Notes: a model not told the origin generated them from the sequence alone. Shown: positions 54,761 to 64,000, counted from the stretch's first letter. The stretch: DNA of 64,000 nt from an uncultured Flammeovirgaceae bacterium (GCA_937883755.1 CAKZYA010000066.1:12897-76896), one strand, 5' to 3'. Numbers and translations are program-made.

Positions 54761-55726
54761 CTACTCTATAATTTTTGGTCCTTGCTGATTGATGCCGGAA
54801 ACGTAAAGGTCGCTATCGATATTGAGAGCACCAAAGGTGTTTTGCATTTTCCGGCCAACTTCCTCAGCCATTACCTGGCTTTTGCTTAGAGCAAAAATGG
54901 ATGGCCCTGAGCCGGAGATACCACAACCCAAAGCACCGGCATTCATCGCACTGGCTTTTACACTATCAAAACCGGGGATAAGCAGCGAGCGAATCGGCTC
55001 AATAATCACATCTTGCATAGAGCGACCTATTAACTCAAAATCACCCTGCCATAAGCCAGCAATCAGTCCAGCGGTGTTACCCCACTGAATGGTGGCATCT
55101 TCTAAAGAAATACGCTTTCGCAAAATACTACGCGCGTCACGCGTTTGTACTTCTACGTGCGGATGAATCACGGTAGCGAACAAGCCTTCGGGGGTTGGTA
55201 CCTGGATAACGTCTAGTGGGTCATAACTACGGACGAGCACAAATCCACCTAGCAATGCTGGAGCCACATTATCAGCATGGGCGGAACCGCAAGCCAATCG
55301 CTCACCTTCCATCGCAAATGGCAGCAGATCTTCCCGCTTATGAATGGCTTTTTCTGGCTCGTGGCGCTTCAGAAGTTCGTTCACCGCGTACAGACCGGCT
55401 ACAGCACTAGCCGCACTGGAACCTAATCCGCTACCGAGCGGCATATTTTTGTACAGCGTAATCTCTACTCCGTATTCCGATTGTACCTGCTCTAGCAGTT
55501 GCTTCACCACAATGCTGACGGTATTCTTATCGGGATCAAGCGGCAGCTTACCTTCATCCCCAATAATTCTTTTAATTACTACTCCCGGTCTGGCGAGACC
55601 TGATTGCTCACAAAGCTGCATTACCACTTCGTCACCGGGATTGCCAATGGCAAATCCCATAATGTCGAAGCCGCAAGCAACGTTGGCCACGGTGGCCGGA
55701 GCAAATACCCGAATTGTTTTATCCAA
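54761..55726 (-). CDS. thrB: Homoserine kinase
   Basis: 321 aa. VFAPATVANVACGFD and GHMP-kinase motif MPLGSGLGSSAASAVAG. The apparent start codon is TTG. Confidence 0.9.
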   Translation of the reverse strand: MDKTIRVFAPATVANVACGFDIMGFAIGNPGDEVVMQLCEQSGLARPGVVIKRIIGDEGKLPLDPDKNTVSIVVKQLLEQVQSEYGVEITLYKNMPLGSGLGSSAASAVAGLYAVNELLKRHEPEKAIHKREDLLPFAMEGERLACGSAHADNVAPALLGGFVLVRSYDPLDVIQVPTPEGLFATVIHPHVEVQTRDARSILRKRISLEDATIQWGNTAGLIAGLWQGDFELIGRSMQDVIIEPIRSLLIPGFDSVKASAMNAGALGCGISGSGPSIFALSKSQVMAEEVGRKMQNTFGALNIDSDLYVSGINQQGPKIIE

Positions 55727-55825
55727 GAGGTTAGTCCTTTTTGCTAAAGCGCAAAAATACGAGAATCTATCAGAAAAGGGAGAAAAGAGGATTTACTATC
55801 AGGTTTTACTTGTAAGCCTTACATA

Positions 55826-55866
55826 ATAAAGAAACCGATACTGGTCAGGGTTATCGGCTTTTCGAA
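55826..55866 (-). terminator. Putative intrinsic terminator after the CBM-lipoprotein gene
   Basis: The minus strand reads AAGCCGATA-ACCCTGACCAG-TATCGGTTT followed by CTTTATTAT. It lies 21 nt after the stop at 55887. Confidence 0.5.
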
Positions 55867-55886
55867 AACTGTAGGTAATTATACTG

Positions 55887-57058
55887 CTACCTGACTCGCT
55901 TCACTCGTATATTATCCAGATTAACACCAATCGGCTTACCATCGTTACCCCAGCCAAACACTCGGGCGGTAATGTAGTAAATAGCAGTCTCAGTCGGAGT
56001 AAGGGTTTGGCGATAGAGATGATTACCAGCTCGGTTGAATTTATAGTCGATGGAGCCTAGCCATGCCTCGTCGCTAGTATCAGTAGTGGGTTTGTAAGCG
56101 TACAAGTTCACAATAGTTTCGTACTGGGTGCCGTCGGGCACGATCCTCTCCATGTTCGCCTCCAACTGGTATTCGTTACCGGCGTATAGCGTCACCTCTT
56201 GGTAAATACCCGTCCAGGTATTGTTAAGAAAAGTAGTGCTAGCCGCGCCGGGCAGTTCTAATCGTACTTTCTTGTTATTGCCTACCTTGATGATGTAACG
56301 GTTTAAGTCTGCTATGTTTTGCGGATTATAATCGGTAAAACTCCAGGGTTGAAAATCCTGTCCAAAGGTTGAGTTAGTTAGTAAGTTCTTGCCGCTGGGC
56401 CGAGGATCAATATCTGTCGGAGCGTCACCAATTTCTTCTACCCGAAGTTCATCCACGTAAATATCAGTATTATCAAAACCGTCCTGGTGGGTTAGTAGTG
56501 CAATGTAGCAAAACACCTCACCAGACTCATTCGGTGTGAACTCAAAGTCAAGCGTCTGGTAACTTTCGCTTTCCGTAATCCAAACATCCTTACCATTGTA
56601 GCTACCGTCCGGATTACGCGACCAAATAGAGATGATAGCACTAGGCAAAGAGTTATTAGGATTAACCCATTTCACCTGTACGCTATAGCGATAACGTTTA
56701 GTGTTGCTAAGGTTCAGGTTTGCCCAATGTGAATATACTGCGACTGGTTGTCGGTAGCACTAGCTGGCAGACGCATAAACAGATGCTTACTTCCCGCTGC
56801 TACTTGCCCGGTTTCTTCTATTCGAACAATAGCATCGTCTTTGATACTTGGTGCCTCGTAGACACTCCAGTCAGCCAGATCATTTTCAAAACCAGGATTG
56901 GTATTTACCAGAGCAGCGTCAATGTCGGCTAACGCTTCCCGATTAAGCGGTATATCCGTTGGTGAGTCTTGGGCTAGAAATTCTTGATTAGCTTCCTCCC
57001 GGCAGGCAGTTAACCCTACTAAAAGGAATACGGTACTGAAAAATAGGTGCTTTTTCAT
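55887..57058 (-). pseudogene. Lipoprotein with tandem CBM4/9-like carbohydrate-binding modules, split by an apparent 1-nt frameshift near 56716..56725
   Basis: ORF 56714..57058 has lipobox LLVGLTAC and the start of a CBM (NPGFENDLADWSVY...QYIHIGQT*). The frame of ORF 55887..56675 is open back to 56759 and reads ...NLNLSNTKRYRYSVQVKWVNP..., which is the continuation of the same beta-sandwich. A second CBM-like module follows (LLTNSTFGQDFQPWSF...). A sequencing error cannot be excluded. Confidence 0.55.
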
Positions 57059-57261
57059 AGCAGATAAGGTTTGATAAGTAATTGGTACTAGCGCAAGCCA
57101 CCTTATCTTGAAAAAGCGTTATTGTTCTTAAACGAGCGTACCGTCAAAAGATTACGAGAATAAGCTTCAAAAGTCTTTCAATTAGTTTCGCATCGCTGCA
57201 ATCTCTCTGTAGTAGTACCTGAGATCTTCGTATTATCAGATTGGAAAGTTTTCTGCTTAGC

Positions 57262-57870
57262 TCAGTTATCCAGAAACTGTCTGACCTTCTGTAAGATACG
57301 CCCATAAGTATGATCAAACTTTCTTTGCTCTACTTGAATGATGTAACCTGCTAGGCCAAACATTATTCCAACGGTAAGTCCGACTATACCTAAGTAGCCA
57401 GTAATTTTCTGAAGATTAACCCAAGCCACCATCAATATGCCGGGAGTTAAGAGCAGTAAATAAATGATAGAGCCCCACACGGTTAATCGCTTCCGTAGTT
57501 GTAGCTTTTGATAGGCCAATTTAAGAAACGTAGTCGATGGCTGTTCGTGATTAGATTCTTGAAACGGAATTTGCGTATAGACAAATTGCCCAATCATCCA
57601 TACCACTCCTAACACTATGAGAACTAATCCGAAAAACTGCCAAATATCAATACTCATATTGCTAAACTGATTAGAAAACAGCACAATGCTCAATACCCCA
57701 ACAGCTAATAAAAGAGCAGTAGGGATCATCCATTTGGTGTAGCTTTTGCGCTTTTGCTCTTCTTGTTTTAACTGCTGGATTAAAGATTCCGTAGACTGAG
57801 GTGTCATTAGAGCCTCAATACCTATCTGTGCTTCATGCAGTTTAGTCCAGATTTGCTGTAGATTGTCCAT
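57262..57870 (-). CDS. Multi-pass membrane protein co-transcribed with an ECF sigma factor (possible non-canonical anti-sigma)
   Basis: About 4-5 TM helices. No zinc-finger anti-sigma motif. ATG at 57870 (MDNLQQIW) overlaps the sigma gene's end. The start is uncertain. Confidence 0.45.
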   Translation of the reverse strand: MDNLQQIWTKLHEAQIGIEALMTPQSTESLIQQLKQEEQKRKSYTKWMIPTALLLAVGVLSIVLFSNQFSNMSIDIWQFFGLVLIVLGVVWMIGQFVYTQIPFQESNHEQPSTTFLKLAYQKLQLRKRLTVWGSIIYLLLLTPGILMVAWVNLQKITGYLGIVGLTVGIMFGLAGYIIQVEQRKFDHTYGRILQKVRQFLDN

Positions 57871-58354
57871 AACGATTAAATTTTTGGGCAAGTAATTTCT
57901 TTATTCGATTGATTTTTACGCCAACATAATTAGGAGATACCCCAAGCACTTCGCTAATTTGTTGATACGAAGACTCTTCCAGATAAAGAATCATAATTAG
58001 CCGATCTTTTTCAGGAAGTTCGCTAAGGAAGCCCCGAAGTAGTGCTAACTGTTTAGCCGTAGTTCCCTCTTGGTCGTCTACGGACTTAGTAGCTATTTCC
58101 GGTAACACTTGTGAAGTTGTTTCGGGCGAGTGCTTTTGGGCACGAATGTGAAGTAGACAAGTGTTCACAGTAATCCGATATATCCAGGTACTTAGTTGAG
58201 CATCGCTCCGAAATGTCTTTAATCCCTTCCAGATATTTATCCACACTTCTTGAAGTACATCTTTTACTTCTTCTTCGTCTCCGACGAAACCTAGACAGGT
58301 TCGGTAAACCTTCGCCTGATGCTGATCAATAATTTGCTGTATCTCTGGTTTCAT
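57842..58354 (-). CDS. ECF RNA polymerase sigma factor
   Basis: ATG at 58354 gives MKPEIQQIIDQHQAKVYRTCLGFVGDEEEVKDVLQEVWINIW (region 2), with region 4 at SYQQISEVLGVSPNYVGVKINRIKKLL. The first 28 codons of the track ORF are the translation of the fadN terminator hairpin. Confidence 0.85.
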   Translation of the reverse strand: MKPEIQQIIDQHQAKVYRTCLGFVGDEEEVKDVLQEVWINIWKGLKTFRSDAQLSTWIYRITVNTCLLHIRAQKHSPETTSQVLPEIATKSVDDQEGTTAKQLALLRGFLSELPEKDRLIMILYLEESSYQQISEVLGVSPNYVGVKINRIKKLLAQKFNRYGQSTANLD

Positions 58355-58400
58355 CTGCTCTTTAGATACACAATCTGTGTGTTTATTACAGTGAGCCGAA

Positions 58401-58436
58401 AATAAAAAAACCGATACCCTTACGAGCATCGGTTTC
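58401..58436 (-). terminator. Rho-independent terminator of the fadN-like gene
   Basis: The minus strand reads AAACCGAT-GCTCGTAAGGGT-ATCGGTTT followed by TTTTTATTTT. It lies about 35 nt after the stop at 58472. Confidence 0.7.
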
Positions 58437-58471
58437 AATCGAAGTTTTCAAAACTTCGGATGTCTTTTGAC

Positions 58472-60877
58472 TTAGTTTCGAAGAGGCTTACCTCCTTGTA
58501 GTAGTGACTGGATGCGTTCCAGCGTTTTCTTTTCTCCGGAAAGAGAAAGGAAGGCTTCGCGCTCCAAATCTAGTAGATACTGCTCGGATACCATTTGCGG
58601 GTAGGATAGCTCTCCCCCGCACATTACGTAGGCAATCTTTTCGGCAATCTTCTGATCGTGATCTGATATATAATGTCCCTGTCGCATACCGTAGATGCCA
58701 GCCAGGAAGAGCGCCATACCGCCTTTGCCCTGCACTTTAATATCCTTGCGCTGAGCCGGTTGAGTATAACCCTGCTCAGCTAATAGAAGAGCAGCCTCTT
58801 TAGCATCGGCCAACAGACGGGACTTGTTCAGGGTGATTCGGTCGCGCTTGCGTATATAGTTGAGATCAATGGCCTCGTGAGCGGAAGTAGATACCTTGGC
58901 AGTTGCAATGTTCATAAAAGCATTTTGCAACGCATTTAATTCTACGTCTCCCGCTTCGATACTGTCAGACACCCGCAAGGTCAATTCTTTGGTACCCCCT
59001 CCGGCGGGGATTAATCCCACGCCCACTTCTACTAGTCCCGTATAGGTTTCGGCTGCCGCTTGAACGTGGTCGGCGTGTAAGGTAAGCTCGCAGCCTCCAC
59101 CCAATGCCATGCCGTGGGGAGCTACTACTACCGGGATAGAAGAATAGCGAGCTCGCATCATAGTGCGCTGAAACTGCCGAATCATCATATCCACTTCGTC
59201 GAACTCCTGCTCAATAGCGTACATAAACAACATCGCCAGGTTTGCACCCGCCGAGAAATTTTGCCCTTCGTTACCAATCACTACGCCTACGTAGTCTTTT
59301 TCGGCCATATCAATGGCGCGGTTGATAGCTTCTACCGGATCATTGCCCAGCGTATTCATCTTGGTGTGGAATTCTACATTCAGAATACCATCGCCCAAAT
59401 CGAGGATAGTAGCCCCGTCACTATTCCACAGTACTTTGTTTTCCCGCAGCGTATCCAGCAGTACAAACTCATCCGTACCGGGAATCACTTTATACGATTT
59501 GCTATCGATGTCGTAGTACAGGCGCTTACTGTTTTCGGCTTTGTAGAAGCTTTCGGCTCCGCTTTCCAGCATGTCGTACACCCACTGGTTGGGTTTGTAG
59601 CCTGTTTCCTCCATTTTCTCTAACGTCTTCTTCACCCCCAACATATCCCAGGTCTCGAAAGGACCGTACTCCCAACCGAAGCCAGCGCACACTGCCTGAT
59701 CGATACGGTAGAGTTCGTCCGCAATTTCGGGGATCCGATTAGAGCAGTACTTAAAAGTGTCGTAGAAGTGAGCGCGGTAAAATTCACCGGCTTTATCCGG
59801 GGCACTGACCAAGATCTTCAGTCGCTCTTTGAGATCATCTTTGGGCTTTGCCATTTCCAGCGAAGGAAACTTGGCTTTGGTACGATCACCGTATTCGTAA
59901 GTTTCCAGGTTAAGTTCCTGAATAACCGATTTGCCTCTCTCGTCTTTAATCTTCTTGTAGTAACCCTGCCCGGTCTTGTCACCCAACCACTTGCGGTCGT
60001 ACAGCTCCCTCATAATGCCCGGTAACTGGAACATGTCGCGAGCTTCATCCTGCTTTAGTACGCCAAATAGGTTATTAGCTACGTTCACGGTCGTATCCAA
60101 CCCAACCACATCCATGGTACGGAAAGTGGCTGATTTAGGTCGTCCGATAAGTGGCCCGGTCAGGCTATCTACTTCACCTACGGATAATCCTACCTTTTCA
60201 ACCGTGTGCATGGTAGACAAAATGCTGTAAACTCCGATACGATTAGCAATGAAAGCCGGAGTATCCTTACAGAGTACAGTCTCTTTACCCAGGTACAAAT
60301 CGCCGTAGTGCATCAGAAAATCAACGATTTCCAGATCAGTCTTCTGCGACGGAATAATCTCCAGTAGGCGCAGATAGCGGGGAGGGTTAAAGAAGTGCGT
60401 TCCGCAGAAGTGTTTCTGAAAGTCTTCGCTGCGGCCTTCCAGCATCATATTAATTGGAATGCCCGAAGTGTTGGAAGTAATAAGTGTACCAGGCTTGCGA
60501 AACTGCTCTACCTTATCAAACAGTTGTTTCTTAATATCTAGTCGCTCCACGACTACCTCAATTACCCAATCGTAGTCAGCAATCTTACTTAAGTCATCGT
60601 CAAAATTTCCTAGCGTAACCCGATCAGCAAATGACTTATGGTAGAGAGGAGCAGGCTTAGACTTTACTGCTTTCTGGAAAGATTCGGTAACGATACGATT
60701 TCGTACCTGTGGACTTTCCAAAGTCAGTCCTTTCTTTTCTTCCGCCTCAGTTAGTTCGCGCGGAACAATATCTAACAATAAAGCTTCTACGCCAATATTG
60801 GCAAAGTGGCATGCAATGCGGGAGCCCATCACTCCTGAACCGAGTACGGCTACCTTGGTAATGTTGTATTTCTTCAT
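58472..60877 (-). CDS. fadN: Fused 3-hydroxyacyl-CoA dehydrogenase / enoyl-CoA hydratase (FadN-type domain order)
   Basis: 801 aa. N-terminal NAD-binding VAVLGSGVMGSRIA, 3HCDH domains, and a C-terminal crotonase fold (GQNFSAGANL...PHGMALGGGCEL). Confidence 0.9.
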   Translation of the reverse strand: MKKYNITKVAVLGSGVMGSRIACHFANIGVEALLLDIVPRELTEAEEKKGLTLESPQVRNRIVTESFQKAVKSKPAPLYHKSFADRVTLGNFDDDLSKIADYDWVIEVVVERLDIKKQLFDKVEQFRKPGTLITSNTSGIPINMMLEGRSEDFQKHFCGTHFFNPPRYLRLLEIIPSQKTDLEIVDFLMHYGDLYLGKETVLCKDTPAFIANRIGVYSILSTMHTVEKVGLSVGEVDSLTGPLIGRPKSATFRTMDVVGLDTTVNVANNLFGVLKQDEARDMFQLPGIMRELYDRKWLGDKTGQGYYKKIKDERGKSVIQELNLETYEYGDRTKAKFPSLEMAKPKDDLKERLKILVSAPDKAGEFYRAHFYDTFKYCSNRIPEIADELYRIDQAVCAGFGWEYGPFETWDMLGVKKTLEKMEETGYKPNQWVYDMLESGAESFYKAENSKRLYYDIDSKSYKVIPGTDEFVLLDTLRENKVLWNSDGATILDLGDGILNVEFHTKMNTLGNDPVEAINRAIDMAEKDYVGVVIGNEGQNFSAGANLAMLFMYAIEQEFDEVDMMIRQFQRTMMRARYSSIPVVVAPHGMALGGGCELTLHADHVQAAAETYTGLVEVGVGLIPAGGGTKELTLRVSDSIEAGDVELNALQNAFMNIATAKVSTSAHEAIDLNYIRKRDRITLNKSRLLADAKEAALLLAEQGYTQPAQRKDIKVQGKGGMALFLAGIYGMRQGHYISDHDQKIAEKIAYVMCGGELSYPQMVSEQYLLDLEREAFLSLSGEKKTLERIQSLLQGGKPLRN

Positions 60878-61329
60878 GGTGTGGTGGTTACAACAGGTGG
60901 ATTTATTTCTTCTTCTACAATTTTGTTGATCTTATCAATGACCTCGAAAAAAATATTGATCTTATCTTCTGGGATAATTGCCCGAACGGCATTATTAAAA
61001 TCAAGCACAGTTTTACGCGATATTTCTTTCTTCTCCCGCCCTAGCTCCGTTAGCACAATCCGCACCGAGCGACGGTCGTTCAAATCGGGCTGTTTAGTAA
61101 TTAGCCCTTTCTCTTCCATATTCTTTAGCATCCGAGTCAGGCTACGTGATTCTAATCCGATTAATGGGGCAATTTTGGTAGCCGGGGTTCCTTCTTTAGA
61201 ATCAATATTAAGCAATACGTAGCCGATGGAGGTAGTAAAGTCGTTCTTCAATGCTTGCTGATTGTACATGCGATAAATCGCGTGCCAAGCCGCTTTAATG
61301 TTATAATCTACCGTCAGTTCTTTCTTCAT
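60874..61329 (-). CDS. MarR-family transcriptional regulator
   Basis: ATG at 61329. Winged HTH (TPATKIAPLIGLESRSLTRMLKNMEEKGLITKQPDLNDRRSVRIVLT). Its stop overlaps the fadN start (ATGA). Confidence 0.85.
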   Translation of the reverse strand: MKKELTVDYNIKAAWHAIYRMYNQQALKNDFTTSIGYVLLNIDSKEGTPATKIAPLIGLESRSLTRMLKNMEEKGLITKQPDLNDRRSVRIVLTELGREKKEISRKTVLDFNNAVRAIIPEDKINIFFEVIDKINKIVEEEINPPVVTTTP

Positions 61330-61346
61330 AGCAAGCAAATATACTG

Positions 61347-61374
61347 AATTTTAGTAGGCATGCATACTAAAATT
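61347..61374. promoter_or_regulatory. Palindrome upstream of marR (candidate MarR operator)
   Basis: AATTTTAGTA-GGCATGCA-TACTAAAATT has perfect 10-bp arms. It lies 18 nt upstream of the marR start, in the divergent region with the O-methyltransferase gene. Confidence 0.55.
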
Positions 61375-61432
61375 TATTATTTGTCTAGCCTACCATTGAC
61401 GATACTCACAGATTATTGTAGACTTGTACACT

Positions 61433-62074
61433 ATGCAATTACTATCTGTCGCTATTGAGAACTACGTGCAGGAGCACAGTACTTTAGAAACTCCTTTACT
61501 CAATGAGCTACGACGAGAAACTTACTTGAAGGTATTGATGCCCCACATGGTTTCTGGTCCGGTGCAGGGAAGCGTGCTGGCAATGCTGGTACGTATGATT
61601 CGGCCACAACGCATCTTAGAAATTGGCACGTTTACTGGCTACTCGGCTATCTGGATGGCATCAGCTATGCCCAGTGGTGGTAAACTAATTACCCTGGATA
61701 TTAATGAAGAGTTGAGCGAAATGGTGCAGAAGTACATTCATCGGTCAGAGTTGCAAGATGTTATTGAGCCAAAAATCGGTAATGCACTGGAGATAATTCC
61801 TACCTTAGAAGAAACGTTCGAGTTAGTTTTTATTGATGCTGATAAGGCTAACTATCCGCATTATTATGAGTTAGCGTTGGGGAAGCTACGCTCTGGTGGA
61901 TTCATCATTGCCGATAATGTGTTGTGGCACGGAAAAGTAGTAGATTCTGGCAAAAAGGTTGATGCTAAAACGCAGGTGCTCAAAGATTTCAATGCATTTA
62001 TTCAACAAGATTCTCGCGTAGAGAACGTTCTCCTACCAATACGCGATGGATTGATGGTCGCTCAAAAAAAATAG
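61433..62074 (+). CDS. Class I SAM-dependent O-methyltransferase (caffeoyl-CoA OMT-like)
   Basis: ATG at 61433. ILEIGTFTGYSAIWMA (SAM motif I) and FIDADKANY. Confidence 0.85.
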   Translation: MQLLSVAIENYVQEHSTLETPLLNELRRETYLKVLMPHMVSGPVQGSVLAMLVRMIRPQRILEIGTFTGYSAIWMASAMPSGGKLITLDINEELSEMVQKYIHRSELQDVIEPKIGNALEIIPTLEETFELVFIDADKANYPHYYELALGKLRSGGFIIADNVLWHGKVVDSGKKVDAKTQVLKDFNAFIQQDSRVENVLLPIRDGLMVAQKK

Positions 62075-62077
62075 GGT

Positions 62078-63949
62078 ATGAAAAACATAAGTATGCTGGG
62101 GTGCTTTATGCTGTGCTTGGTCTTTTCCGCCCAGGCCAAATCGCCTCGGGTTGAATTACCTCGGGCTGAATTGCCAAAGGTGCCAGAAATCGTTCGTTTC
62201 GCGGATATGCGGCTTGAACTCACCGCCGATGCCCGCAAAAAAGTCCAAACTGATGTAGATGCCCTCACCCGCTATGAGAAATATTTCAATGCCAAGGTAG
62301 ACCGCATCGACGCCTATTTTCCGCTAATTGAGAAGATTCTGCGTGAAGAAAACGTACCTGAGGATATTAAATACTTGGTAGTTCAAGAAAGTGCCTTGGT
62401 AGGCGATGCTGTTTCCAGCTCTAATGCGATTGGCTACTGGCAGTTTAAAGTTGCGGCAGCCGAAGAAGTAGGCTTGACTATAAACAGTGCGGTGGACGAA
62501 CGAATGAATATTATCACCGCTACGCGCGGTGCCGCTCGCTACTTTAAAAACAACAATGCGCTGTTCGACAATTGGCTACACGCTCTCATGGCTTACTATG
62601 AAGGTCCGGGTGGTGCTTTGAAAAAAGCAGACAAACGTTTTAACGGGAGAAAGGTAATGCGACTAGACAGTAAAGCTCACTGGTATGTGCTGAAATACCT
62701 TTCGCATAAGATTGCTTTTGAAAGTGCCGTAGGTAAAAATCCCAGCCCTCCGGTTCAGCTTTTTGTGTACCAAAACGGAGGCGGAAAAACCCTACATGAG
62801 ATTGCAAGGGAGTTTCAAGTGACCGAAGATGATCTTCAGCCCTACAATACCTGGCTGAAACAAAAAAAGGTTCCTTTGGATAAGTCTTACCCCGTTATTG
62901 TTCCTGACTTCAGCGGACGTTTGCAAGAACCTCCGCTAGCAGATAACGCGGATAATCAGCCCTCAACAAAACCTAAACAAGAGCAAATAACGACTGCCTC
63001 GGTACTAGCTGGCGAAAAACTCAACTCCGAAGCTTTTCCCACGATGAAAACTCGGCGACTGTTCGGAAAGGAGCAATTGCTAGTCAACGGAATCCCGGCG
63101 GTAATTGCCAAAGAAGGCGAAGATGTTAAGCGGCTCGCGCAACGCACTGGAGTGGCTCCTAGCAAAATTATCAAGTTTAATAACCTAGGGCACCCCAAGG
63201 CGGCTATTACGGCGGGTCAACCGTACTATCTACGACGAAAGCATAACCGTGCCCCAGCCCGCTATCACATTGCTGAAGAAGGAGAAAGCTGGTGGGATGT
63301 TTCCCAGCGATTTGGTATTAAGTTAAGTAAGCTTCTCAGAAACAACCGTTTGCGCAAAGAAGAACCACTAAAAACCTATCAAGTACTCTGGCTACGCTAC
63401 ATTCGTCCTACCACTATCGCGGTAGAATTTCAGTATCCGGCTGAGACTCCCACTACCCCAATGTCAGCTTCGGTAGTAGCGTCCAACACTCTTTCAACAA
63501 AGCCTCTAGTAACGGAAAATGAAGAGACAAACACCTCTTCACCACCCAAACAACCCACTATTGCTTCGGAGCGGGCGTGGCGAAATACTTCTGAATCAGA
63601 CACGGATAAAGTAGCAGATAAAAATATTAATACCACTGCATACCATACGGTGCGCTCGCAAGAAACCCTGTACAGTATTGCTCGGCAATATGAAGTTTCG
63701 GTAGCTGACCTGGCTGGGCATAACCAACTATCAATCTACGATACTATCCGAGAAGGACAGAAGCTACGCCTACCCAGTACAGCTAGTGAACCAGTAGCTA
63801 CCAATGACTATCACGAAGTACAACCCGGAGAAACTATGTACCAGATTGCCCAAAAACACCAAATCTCTATCCGGGAACTAATGGAGTGGAACCGAAAAGA
63901 GAACTTCAATATTCAACCTGGTGAAAGGTTACGGATAACGTCACCCTAG
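62078..63949 (+). CDS. Membrane-bound lytic murein transglycosylase D-like protein (SLT domain plus LysM repeats)
   Basis: 623 aa with a signal peptide. SLT catalytic region YLVVQESALVGDAVSSSNAIGYWQF. At least three LysM repeats (YHIAEEGESWWDVSQRFGI..., YHTVRSQETLYSIARQYEV..., YHEVQPGETMYQIAQKHQI...). Confidence 0.85.
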   Translation: MKNISMLGCFMLCLVFSAQAKSPRVELPRAELPKVPEIVRFADMRLELTADARKKVQTDVDALTRYEKYFNAKVDRIDAYFPLIEKILREENVPEDIKYLVVQESALVGDAVSSSNAIGYWQFKVAAAEEVGLTINSAVDERMNIITATRGAARYFKNNNALFDNWLHALMAYYEGPGGALKKADKRFNGRKVMRLDSKAHWYVLKYLSHKIAFESAVGKNPSPPVQLFVYQNGGGKTLHEIAREFQVTEDDLQPYNTWLKQKKVPLDKSYPVIVPDFSGRLQEPPLADNADNQPSTKPKQEQITTASVLAGEKLNSEAFPTMKTRRLFGKEQLLVNGIPAVIAKEGEDVKRLAQRTGVAPSKIIKFNNLGHPKAAITAGQPYYLRRKHNRAPARYHIAEEGESWWDVSQRFGIKLSKLLRNNRLRKEEPLKTYQVLWLRYIRPTTIAVEFQYPAETPTTPMSASVVASNTLSTKPLVTENEETNTSSPPKQPTIASERAWRNTSESDTDKVADKNINTTAYHTVRSQETLYSIARQYEVSVADLAGHNQLSIYDTIREGQKLRLPSTASEPVATNDYHEVQPGETMYQIAQKHQISIRELMEWNRKENFNIQPGERLRITSP

Positions 63950-64000
63950 CAGTTTATAAGGTATACACGACCTCAGGTTTCATTTATGACAAAATCTTAC

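Noticed and set aside
55584-55600. A 17-nt exact match, CCCGGTCTGGCGAGACC, between the thrB coding sequence and the interior of the REP-like element (50557..50573).
   Set aside because: The match is statistically unusual, but no flanking similarity exists. It is in frame in thrB (…GLARPG…) without an obvious insertion, and it is itself a small GGTCT/AGACC hairpin. I cannot distinguish chance from an ancient fragment without a genome-wide search.
54651-55886. A thr-operon leader or attenuator: the 110-nt thrB-thrC spacer with G-rich/C-rich partial complementarity, and the TTTTTGC-TAAAGC-GCAAAAA hairpin at 55738..55757 just upstream of thrB.
   Set aside because: There is no Thr/Ile-rich leader peptide. 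The hairpin is AU-rich without a U-tract, and the complementarity in the spacer is imperfect. Evidence is insufficient for a regulatory call. The absence of thrA next to thrB-thrC is noted but not unusual enough to report.
55826-58436. The two minus-strand terminators (55826..55866 and 58401..58436) share the 10-mer AAACCGATAC in their stems.
   Set aside because: A 10-mer match has an appreciable chance expectation in 128 kb of two-strand sequence. The loops and tails differ, so this is probably coincidence rather than a repeat family.

Overview
This 64-kb window looks like a chromosomal segment of a Bacteroidota genome, probably Cytophagales-like. That placement is an inference from SusC/SusD pairs, a T9SS C-terminal sorting domain, many SpII lipoprotein signals, FecR/ECF modules and the absence of Shine-Dalgarno sites. 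I saw no rRNA, tRNA, CRISPR array, transposase, integrase or phage genes.

Content from left to right:
- a partial ECF sigma gene;
- an enolase-superfamily enzyme with a Tat-like leader;
- a SusD-less STN-TonB-receptor operon (1773-8841) with a stand-alone FecR-C-terminal-like mini-protein, a T9SS-sorted beta-helix protein and two lipoproteins;
- a PSCyt/DUF1549-LamG-DUF1553 plus DUF1501 pair, and an exported M49-like peptidase;
- an AT-rich block (about 15.3-21.5 kb) with two hypothetical envelope proteins, an OmpR/HK two-component system, a tandem-USP-like protein and a bestrophin channel;
- a Gfo/Idh/MocA oxidoreductase;
- a classical ECF-sigma/FecR/SusC/SusD/GH78-like PUL;
- an AT-rich hipBA toxin-antitoxin insert with palindromic operators;
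- a nine-gene co-directional minus-strand array (34001-43809) next to a LacI regulator and operator, containing a DUF5060 glycosidase-like protein, an AAC(6')-Ib-like GNAT, a CBM-like lipoprotein, a tartrate-dehydrogenase-family enzyme, an SPFH-only FloA-like protein, a cyclase, a beta-lactamase-family lipoprotein, a DUF1537 acid-sugar kinase and an ACS-family MFS transporter;
- housekeeping genes (fba, ppc, beta-carbonic anhydrase, thrB, thrC, fadN-like, marR, an O-methyltransferase and a LysM lytic transglycosylase).

Two small families of structured intergenic repeats occupy every sizeable gap of the nine-gene array, and they create false N-terminal extensions in the ORF track. Two genes appear frameshifted (a Uma2 endonuclease and a tandem-CBM lipoprotein).

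I found no clear-cut novel system. The best candidates for follow-up are the LacI-linked acid-sugar/glycan array, the SusD-less STN-TBDT operon, the two repeat families and the hipBA insert. All product calls rest on motif recognition by eye, not on database searches.
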